A stretch of DNA of 16,467 bases, taken from Vitrella brassicaformis CCMP3155 (Eukaryota; Protista; Chromerida). A model generated the notes under the pieces. That model saw only the letters and a list, made by a program, of their open reading frames with translations. It did not search any database and had not been told where the DNA came from. Shown piece after piece: positions 1 to 8,804 of this stretch; the stretch's first letter is position 1, and each line of letters opens with the position of its first letter. A program made the translations under genes and the position numbers. Location of the stretch: positions 1 through 16,467 of the forward strand of contig CDMY01000832.1 of NCBI GenBank assembly GCA_001179505.1, written 5' to 3'.

Positions 1-236
1 GAGACGGTACTGGAAGTCGTTCAGCGTCTTGTGGTCGTTGTAGGGGATAGCAGACAGCCAGCCGGATGAGAGGGGCTCTCGACAACTCAACAGTCGACAC
101 CGGGCTCTGCTGTTGGGCGGGAGGGAGTTGAAGAGGTCGTCGAAACGGATCTTGTGCAGTCTGTCGGTGAGCCGTTGCTGAAGCCATTCAATCATGATGC
201 TTTGCGTTTTCGCCATCGCCTGAACCACTGGCAGGC
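1..236 (-). mobile_element. Fragment resembling the post-RT C-terminal region of a CRE/SLACS-type non-LTR retrotransposon ORF; continues off the left edge
   Basis: Minus frame 234->1 is open: LPVVQAMAKTQSIMIEWLQQRLTDRLHKIRFDDLFNSLPPNSRARCRLLSCREPLSSGWLSAIPYNDHKTLNDFQYRL. The segment RLLSCxxPxSxxWLxAIP...LxxxxF matches my recollection of the motif between RT and the restriction-like endonuclease in CRE-clade elements. Not in the ORF track. Confidence 0.55.
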
Positions 237-345
237 CTGAAGGGTCACATGGTGATGAGACAGGGGAGGGCAGCCAGGGGGCGCGCGAGTCTGCAAAAGG
301 GGCTGCGTGTTTGTCTGGCACTGCCTGTCTACCTGCCTGTCTATC

Positions 346-364
346 TGTGTGTGTGTGTGTGTGT
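346..364. repeat. (TG)n microsatellite
   Basis: Run tgtgtgtgtgtgtgtgtgt seen directly. Confidence 0.9.
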
Positions 365-880
365 CTGTCGCGCCAGTCACTGACAGGTCTTATCTAGTCT
401 TACGTGACGCGCAGCTGGAGGCTGGCGGTCTCGCCTACTCGTGTGTCGTATGCAGAGGAGACACAAGGGATTAAGTAGTCGATGCATGTATGTCTGTTCG
501 AGCATTCTGGAGAACAAATTGAGTCACACGCAAGTCTGATGGCTGGGAATAGGAGGACGAACTCAACCGCGGGTGCATGGCACTGATGGCAGGCGGGAAA
601 AACGTACCGACAAAGGCTGTGATGCCTTACGTACTAAACGTCTTCCCTCCCCTTGTGCCTGCCTGTGTGCCTGCCTGCCTGCCTTAATTCAGAAAAGCCG
701 ACCGACTGCATACACATGCACGCCCATCCGAAAACCCATGCATGGCTTCCAATACCTACATCTATGCTAAACAGGGATACCTTCATACCACGCACCATTA
801 CAAAAACAAAACTGAGCCGCGTCTGCTTGCCACCGGTTGTGTGATGCAGCACATAAAAGGTACCTAGGTTGGCAGAGCCC

Positions 881-3800
881 TTATTTGGCTCTAATAATCA
901 CCGTCAAGGCGCCACCTTCTTCCGGCGCATTCTTCACTGGACGATCAAACAGAGGGGTCTCGTTCTCAGACTCGGTCTCGTCATCATCAGCAGCAGCAGG
1001 TTCTTTTGCAGCAGACGGTTTTGTGGCATCCGATTTAGCTATCCCCGCAGCTTCATCATCAACCGTCTGCCCAGCCAATTCTCTGAGATGCTGCTCCTCC
1101 TCCTCAGGCCTGGACTCCCCATTATTCCCACTACTCACTCGCTTGACCCGAATCTTCACGAAGTTCTTCTCATCATTGGTAACGGTCACCTCAAGGCCCT
1201 CAGGGTTTGCTGGCTTGACATCGATATCGAAGCGCCCACTGTAGACGGGCAAGTTCTCGTTCAGGTAGATGACTGTGGGCTTGTTGATGGTGGGGTCTGG
1301 TAGGTAAACCATCTTGAAGAAGCCCGTGTCTTGGTTGAAGGAGAAGGAGACGAGTTTGCCGGCTGTAGCCTGGGGGTACGTGCGAGTCAAGGTCCGCAGC
1401 TTATTCAGCTGGAAGTCATCTGCGGACACACACAGACACACACACACACACAGAAGGATACAGAATACCCAGACCAATTCAAACACGTCCCCGTGCGTCT
1501 GTGTGCCTCTGTCTGACCAATCGATTCAGCGTCGGTGGAGTACAGGCCCTGATCATTGGCTACCTCCGTAATAGCTGCTGACTCCTTGTAGGTCCAGAAC
1601 ACCCAACTCTGCAGGCACGCAAGAATAAAGACAAGAACAGCAATGCATGGATGCATGCCTCATATGAATGAGCTACATACCTGCAACACCTCATCGGTCT
1701 TCGTTAACAGGGGAAGAAGCGACTTCAAAGCTTCCTCTGTGGGGGGCACGGCGCCAAATTCTGTTGGCATGGAACCCACATTGCGACCCATTCGCTCAAG
1801 GTCTCGCTCCACAGATTCTACGCCCACCACACCGCACAAACACACACACACAGGCAGGTACTTACTTCTATTTTTGCGCCCTCCTTCCCGTCAGTCAACC
1901 TCTGCCTGCCTGCCTGCATATATATTGACTTACCGAAGTTCAACTCAACCGTGAGGCTGCACAAGGCCTGATCGATGATAGGTCCAAGCTGGGCTGGTCG
2001 TAGACGCGCCTGCGTGAGTTGCCCCGTGGCTGTGTTGAGGGTTTCGGCACAGCTGTACATGTGTGGATGGACAAAGAAGGACACAACGACAGCACACACA
2101 CGCCGTCATCTCTCCTGCCTCTCTCTGCCCCCCTCATCCCTCTATCTGCTCAGCTCACTAGGGGTGGAAGGAGAGGACTGCCCCGGGGTCGTCCCTGGGG
2201 AGGTGCAGAGGGTTGCGAGGGAAGCGGGTCGTGAAGATGTTGAGAGGGATCTTGCCGAAGAACAACATGTGGTTGGCGTCTCCGGCCTCATTGCGAATGG
2301 CTTTCGCGAGCCGTCGATACATGGGGACGAGGTTATCGTTCGTAGCCTTCCCCGGCACCAACAATAGACCTGCACGCACGCACCCATACATAAAGACACA
2401 TACGTTCACACATACACATTATAGGTAATCAGTCCGCTTCCCCAGAAGCAGAATGAGCACATCATGACCCACCGATAGATACATACTTGGTTTGTCGTAG
2501 AGGTTGCCATACCAAGGCTCGTTCAGGAACTCGTATCCGAGTACAAACGGATTATTTTTGAAGACGCCAGCGGCCTTTTTCCACACCTCTACGAAGGCCG
2601 TCTGCAGGTCATGCGCGTCATCGTATAGAGCCTGGAAGAGCTTCGAGATGCGCTCCGAGAAATACAGCTTCGAGCACACACACACATCCACACATACACA
2701 CGCACATACGTACGTGCCTCCACATGGATGTATGTACATGTCTGTCTGTCCGTGGGTATGTGCGTATGTATGTATGTGTGTGTTGTGTGTCTTACTTGAA
2801 AGAAGAATATTTCCTCACACACGGACGGCCCGGGCTGAGCGACCGGCAACGGATGTCTGCAGAAATGACATAAGGCGCATCAGCGTGCGGACGGATGCAG
2901 AGAAAGAAGCACTCTCGTTGACAGTGACATGCTTACTCTTGGACATTCTGAGGCTCGAATTTGCGTTCCTCGACCTCAGCAACCCTGAAGTCGGGCATAC
3001 CATGGCCACTGAACGTCGCACACATATGCACACACACACACACACACACACCCCACACACACAACACCCCATCGCATTTTCCCCTTTCTTGATCGTCCGT
3101 CATAGGATGCAGTCAGTCCGTGACTTCAGTCTTGTTTCCTCACCCACCAGTAGTCCGTCCCGCCGTCCCTGTCGTCACTGACGTCTCCGGCCAACAGGTC
3201 CTGGTGTGCGTCAAGAAGTGTGTGGATGCCTCTCTCCCCCAAGTTGTCCACAATGTCTTCAAGCACACCCAAGTAGCCGTCGTCAAGTGTGCCACTAGAA
3301 GGCTCCACACCTGACGCTCAGACAGACCGGGTCGCATCAACAGATCTGTTCCAAACACACACGCGCATCAACAAACCTATTTCTCTCACCCGGCCATGCC
3401 ATGTTCAACCGGACGAGATTAAAACCCCATCTATAGTTATCAAGACGCACGAACACACACACACACACACACACACACACATTATGTAGCAACCAGAATG
3501 TCCACTCATCGTACACCACCTGGTGCGCATCGCCTGCTCACTTTCTCAGGTTGTCCATCTCATCTGTCGTGAGCGAGAAAATGGGGTCGAAGCCGTCGAG
3601 AGTGGGGTGCCACCTATCGATGTGACGAAGACTGAAGCCTTTCTCTTTGTCCTTCTCGCAGCTTACGGAGGCTGCTTGACAACCACGTTGACGCCTGTAG
3701 GCGGAAGCAAGCAAGAGAGAGAGTTGGCACGCACACTCACGCGATATATCAGGCAGGCACCACACAAATTCCGTGCATGGGTGAGTCAGTCACCCCATTC

Positions 3801-3941
3801 GCCTTACTTACCGTGGAAGATGACTGTGCGGCCATCTTCGTCGAGAAAGGAACGTTCGTCCGGGTCCAGCCGAATGAAGGTGACAGAGCGCTGCACGCCG
3901 AGGAGAAGGAGGAGAAGAAAGAGGCCGAAAACGGAAGGCAT
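881..3941 (-). CDS. Glycoside hydrolase family 5, endoglycoceramidase-like, with signal peptide and C-terminal beta domain; 13 exons, 614 aa
   Basis: Exons built by hand, all GT-AG and phase-consistent: 3941-3812, 3694-3667, 3613-3542, 3430-3390, 3310-3148, 3008-2937, 2856-2796, 2667-2487, 2369-2159, 2052-1934, 1817-1681, 1608-1518, 1419-881 (1845 nt including TAA). Motifs: hydrophobic N-terminus MPSVFGLFLLLLLLG; DEDGRTVIFHGVNVVVK; WGFNLVRLNMAWPGVEP; LLDAHQD; YCGHGMPDF; GYEFLNEPW (acid/base Glu); LSFHPYC; PTEFGA (nucleophile Glu); QSWVFW; LTRTYPQATAG. Confidence 0.92.
3029..3050. repeat. (CA)11 intronic microsatellite in the GH5 gene
   Basis: Direct run, in the intron between exons 5 and 6. 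Confidence 0.9.
3453..3480. repeat. (AC)14 intronic microsatellite in the GH5 gene
   Basis: Direct run, in the intron between exons 3 and 4. Confidence 0.9.
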
Positions 3942-4842
3942 TAATTGTGGGTGCTGCCAGCACAATACAATGCCCTGGTGCGACTGCAACAAGTCAAAAA
4001 AGGTAGCTGTGTCTACAAAACCGGTGTGTGGTGTCGAGAGCTGTTGTCTTTGTCTTGAGAGAGGCTACGTGTTACGGATCAACCCAATAAGCTAAGCTGT
4101 GGTTATCCACCTGTGGGACGCATTCACCATTTCCTCGACACCCCCTCTTCGGACCGCAGACCTTAGGGCAGCCGTCAAACCCCTCTCTCTGCGCCCCTTT
4201 TAGGCGGTTGCTGCAGGAACTGAACTGCCGACCCCACCTCAGTGGCCTTGTCCTACTGCCCAGCTTGGCCGCTCGCCCGCTAGCGGTGTTGGTTGGTTGG
4301 TTATTGTGTTTAACGAGACTCGTGTCTGTAACCCCGGAGGGATCCTGCTGTCTCACGCACTAAACTAGCAGCATGTACATGCAAAGCATGCACACGGCCT
4401 GTCTACCCCTCCCTGCACTGGCACCGGCGGACAAACAGATGGCAACAGAGAGCACCGGCTGCCTTGTAGAACGTTGACAAACACCGATTCCGCCTACATA
4501 CACAAGAACGGGCGCTGTCGCCCAGCAAGAGCCATGGCAAGTGTACAGAAGCCAGAAGGGCGAAGTAGAACAATGAGCGCCCTCTGAGCCATCAAAGCAA
4601 CAATCAGCCAATCACATGAATACACCACCATATACACACGGGACCCATAGGGAAGGAAGAGAGGAAGACAGCAGAGGGAGAGAGAAGGAAATAGCCAGGC
4701 AGGCCATGAGGCCCTGCAACATATGATAGACAATACCTAAGGTGCACTCCATCCCTTCACACAGCACTGAGTCACTACTTGTCCATTGTATCGCTCTCTT
4801 CGTGACACACTGCACACAGTTATCGGCCGGCATGTAATGGAT

Positions 4843-5142
4843 NNNNNNNNNNNNNNNNNNNNNNNNNNNNNNNNNNNNNNNNNNNNNNNNNNNNNNNNNN
4901 NNNNNNNNNNNNNNNNNNNNNNNNNNNNNNNNNNNNNNNNNNNNNNNNNNNNNNNNNNNNNNNNNNNNNNNNNNNNNNNNNNNNNNNNNNNNNNNNNNNN
5001 NNNNNNNNNNNNNNNNNNNNNNNNNNNNNNNNNNNNNNNNNNNNNNNNNNNNNNNNNNNNNNNNNNNNNNNNNNNNNNNNNNNNNNNNNNNNNNNNNNNN
5101 NNNNNNNNNNNNNNNNNNNNNNNNNNNNNNNNNNNNNNNNNN
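4843..5142. other. Assembly gap (300 N)
   Basis: Run of 300 N, the same length as the second gap, so probably a placeholder size. Confidence 0.99.
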
Positions 5143-5274
5143 AACCGCAGAGAAGAGACCACACCAATGACAAGACATCACCAGCCGCTTCACCCCCACC
5201 ACCAAGCACTCAAACGAAGACGATGAGCACGAGGACATGAAAGGCAGGTGTTGACTGGGGTTCAAACTGTGGCA

Positions 5275-5288
5275 GTGGGCTCATAACC
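5275..5288 (-). other. Second primer-binding site (tRNA-iMet anticodon arm) directly after the 3' LTR
   Basis: Plus strand GTGGGCTCATAACC is identical to 10952-10965; minus strand reads GGTTATGAGCCCAC. Confidence 0.8.
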
Positions 5289-5501
5289 AGTTGCCTAGCG
5301 CAGTGGTCAATGGAGATGACGGCTAATGCACACCAAGCAGAAGGAGCCTTGAGGGTAACACGCAGAGTCTTTTCGCACGTGTAGGGCAGTGATCGCCCTA
5401 AGCTGATTGGGCAGATCTTCGGATCTTCTTAGGCCACGGGCCTACCTGGGCTCCCTGCACAGACGCCTCTGTCCAGCTGTGGGCGTACACATTCCGCAAC
5501 A
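5289..5501 (-). repeat. 3' LTR (213 bp), TGTTG...CAACT on the minus strand
   Basis: Aligns end to end with 10966-11175, about 86% identity by hand (about 22 substitutions, 7 gap columns); preceded by a PPT. Confidence 0.9.
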
Positions 5502-5510
5502 CCCCTCTTC
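5502..5510 (-). other. Polypurine tract
   Basis: Minus strand GAAGAGGGG immediately before the LTR start TGTTG. Confidence 0.8.
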
Positions 5511-5745
5511 GCACACAGCCCTAGGAATCATGGAGCCCTAAATCCGAAACCCTTCGCTTTGAAGTCCCCGGGTCAGGTTGTGGCTTCGCTCCTCCACATG
5601 TGTGCGGCTGTTGGACAGTCAGAGGACGGCAACCGAGCCAACCCACCAATGAACGGTTCCATCCGGAAGCAGGAGCGGTGCCTCATGTGTTCATCTCCCT
5701 CTCGATGGGTCACACACACACATCACTGTGGGACTCTCTGCTTCC

Positions 5746-6212
5746 CTAGTCCACCTTGCGCCTCTTCTTGCTATCACTCTTTGATGTCTGACGCTTTCTC
5801 TTCTGCCTTTCAGGCTCTGTCATCAGCCCATCGCTGCTGAGAGTGATGCCATCCGCTCCTCTCGTCACCATACACGTCAACTTCGCGTGCTGTGAGGCAG
5901 GGAGCGACTTCTTCAGGAGATCAGCAACATTCTCCTTCGACGGCACGTACTCGGGCCTTATCTTCCCGTCCTGGTAAGTGCTGCGCACATGATGGTACCT
6001 GATAGCAACATGCCTCGTCTTCTTTGAGGCCTGATGGTTCTTGATGTTCTGTATGCAACCATCGTTGTCGCCATACAGGACTGTGGGTGGCACCTTGAAG
6101 CCCAGCCCCTCCATCACTTGCATCAAGTACAGCAGCTCACGAGTGCAGTCACTCGCAGCGATGTACTCTGATTCTGTGCTACTCAGAGCCACAATCGACT
6201 GCGTTCTGCTCG
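5746..6212 (-). CDS. Copia RNase H domain (end of pol) with a basic C-terminal extension
   Basis: SRTQSIVALSSTESEYIAA...LYGDNDGCI...KKTRHVAIRYHHVR...YVPSKENVADLLKKSL; TAG at 5748-5746. The 5' side enters the gap. Confidence 0.93.
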
Positions 6213-6512
6213 NNNNNNNNNNNNNNNNNNNNNNNNNNNNNNNNNNNNNNNNNNNNNNNNNNNNNNNNNNNNNNNNNNNNNNNNNNNNNNNNNNNNNNNN
6301 NNNNNNNNNNNNNNNNNNNNNNNNNNNNNNNNNNNNNNNNNNNNNNNNNNNNNNNNNNNNNNNNNNNNNNNNNNNNNNNNNNNNNNNNNNNNNNNNNNNN
6401 NNNNNNNNNNNNNNNNNNNNNNNNNNNNNNNNNNNNNNNNNNNNNNNNNNNNNNNNNNNNNNNNNNNNNNNNNNNNNNNNNNNNNNNNNNNNNNNNNNNN
6501 NNNNNNNNNNNN
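6213..6512. other. Assembly gap (300 N) covering the RT core
   Basis: Run of 300 N between YAPT (start of RT) and VALSSTE (RNase H). Confidence 0.99.
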
Positions 6513-8804
6513 AGCCTGCCCGGACATCGTAGGTGCATACGTCTCTTCGTCAGGTCTCAGCCGCTGTTGGAAGCCTTTGGCGACCAACCGCGCTTTCTTC
6601 CTGTCGGGCTTCTGTTTGAAGACCCACTTGGCCTGGATCACTCGTCCATCCGCCTCTTCACGTAAGACGTACTCAAACACACCCAGATCGTGCATGGCTT
6701 GATGCTCCTTGTCCATTGCCTCTATCCAGCCCTCACATTCAGGCCCTTCGCGGGCTTCCTGACACGTTTTAGGCTCATAGACGGTGTCGGCCATCGGTCC
6801 TGCCTTGACGCTGAATGCATTCACAAACAGGTCAGGTAGACCACCCCCATGGCCACGTGAGCGTCTCTTGCCAGCACTTCTCTGTCTCGACTGCTGTGTG
6901 AACAGGTGTGACCAGTCTGGTGGTGCGTCAGAGGTCATGCCAGCATTGCACATGCATCGTGACGACTTCACTGCCCGGCAACGGCAGCCCTCGCCTCCCC
7001 TCTTCGCGTCCATCCGGCCCCCTCCTGTCTTCCTATCCCCACACGGACGTACGACAACTGGTCCATTCGCCACACCGACTTGCACAGCACGGACATCGAA
7101 TAGATGGTCCTCGTGCAAGCTTCGTGGAATCAACCTCTCGCGTCCAGAGCGCCGTGGCGGGGGGGCTGGTGGTGCTCGTCGATCGAGAGCCATTTCGCCC
7201 TCATCGATCGGCATGAGTTCCATGTCGGCGTCGCTCGGCTCGGCTGCAGGGTCGGCTGGTCGGCCTGATGCCGGCTCGGCATCCATCCCATCCACCACAT
7301 GGTCGTTCTCTGGGTTGATGGCTCCCGGCTGTCCGTCCATCTGAACGTCGCCTGCCCCACTTGGCCCATCGAACGATTCATCCCCGCCTGCCTGCACATG
7401 GCCTTGCTGATCGAGGTCACCCAGCTCCTCCAGCTCATCGGGCTCAACATCTCTTGTCTCGGGCTTCTCAGCAATAATCGGGTCGCTCTCAGGGTTCATC
7501 ACCACACCCGATTGGTGCGCCAAGTCAGCCAGTCCATCCCCTCTTTGCGCGTGGTCATCGACAAGCTCGGGGCGGGCCTGGAGGGGTCCACCGAGTCTAT
7601 GGGTGGCCTCCCAGTTGGCCGGCACGAGTCGTCGATGCCAGGTACGCTTCTCGAGGAAACGAACATCACGCGAGATGATGACGCGTCTTGTCTTTGGGTT
7701 CCACATGCGATAGGCATCTTTCGTGCGAACGTCATAGCCTATCAGCAGCATGGGAACCGCTCTGGCCGCAAACTTGTGTGCTCTGAAGGGCTTCCGCACA
7801 TGGACAAAGCCAAGGCAGCCCCACACACGCACATGGCCAAGGTAAGGCCGGCGGCCATGCCACATTTCATATGGCGTTTTGTCCTCTGAGAGGCTCTCTG
7901 TTGGCATTCTGTTTCTCAGATATGCTGCTGTGTCGATGGCGAATGGCCAGAAGGCCTCGGTGATGCCATGACGAAGAAGTAGGGCTGTCCCCTTCTCCAA
8001 CAGTGTGCGGTTCATTCGCTCGGCGACACCATTCTCTCGAGGTGTGTAGGGCGCACTAAACTGACGTTTGATGCCCCTATCAATACACTCTTGCTCAAAC
8101 GAACCAGCAGAGAGCTCTTGAGCCCAATCTGATCTGATTGTTTCAGGTGTCTTGCCCCATTCGCCGCACAACCGCCTCAGTGCGGCTGCCGACTCATCAC
8201 GGGTTCTGAGCATGTACACCGCCACCATCTTGGTGTATTCATCCGTGAACGTGATGAAGTACTCAAAGCCACCTGGTGACGACTTCGGCATCGGTCCACA
8301 TATGTCTGTGTGGATCAATTCGAAGGGTCGGGTACACTCAGGCGACTCCTCACAGTCAGTGGCAGGAGGAAGCTGTGTGCTTTTTGCCTGTATGCAGATC
8401 TCACAGGGGTCCTCTGCCCGTGAGGGCCGCAGCCGGAGCCGTTTCGTGCCGTCCTTGTATCTGCGATACAAAGGCCAACTATCAAGGCCCGTGGCGAGCT
8501 CTGGAAGGCGCATCATCACACGATCATTCACGTGTACGAGACGCTCATGCGCCTGTCGATACGCTGCAGTATCGACCGACTCCTCCGGATTAGGGAGGTT
8601 TATGCCCCTCGAGTCATCGATGGCAGGTGCGTGCACATGCACATCAGACTCGGTGGTGGATGAGGACACATGGGCGTTGGCTGCCCTTTGTGTGTGTGTC
8701 AGGCGCATGCACGGGCGCCTGACTATCCCCTCGGTTATGTGCGTCTGCGAGGGATGAATTGAGTGGACATGCACGGTCATGGGCGTCCCCACCGCTGCAT
8801 TCAC
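6513..8804 (-). CDS. Copia pol segment: integrase (HHCC finger, DDE core) and N-terminal RT
   Basis: HERLVH...CEIC; LIHTDICGPM; RSDWAQE...ENGVAERMNRTL with exactly 35 residues between D and E; LLIGYD; RRSGRERLIP; WIEAMDKE; AKWVFK...KARLVAKGFQQ; TYAPT. The ORF-track start is a GTG and probably not a real initiator. Confidence 0.95.

Noticed and set aside
837-1303. Plus-strand ORFs of 135 and 144 aa over the last GH5 exon
   Set aside because: Antisense shadows of the GH5 terminal exon.
3942-4842. Promoter elements upstream of the GH5 gene (CCAAT, GCATGC-like motifs, CCGCTAGCGG palindrome)
   Set aside because: Such motifs occur throughout introns and intergenic DNA here; no specific support.
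4612-5265. ORFs spanning the first N gap
   Set aside because: Mostly X residues; artefacts of translating N.
5296-5306. Pol III A-box or tRNA D-arm-like TAGCGCAGTGG at the LTR end, next to the tRNA-matching PBS
   Set aside because: The other LTR deviates (TAACGCAGTGG), there is no B-box at a suitable distance and no cloverleaf; not a tRNA gene or SINE.
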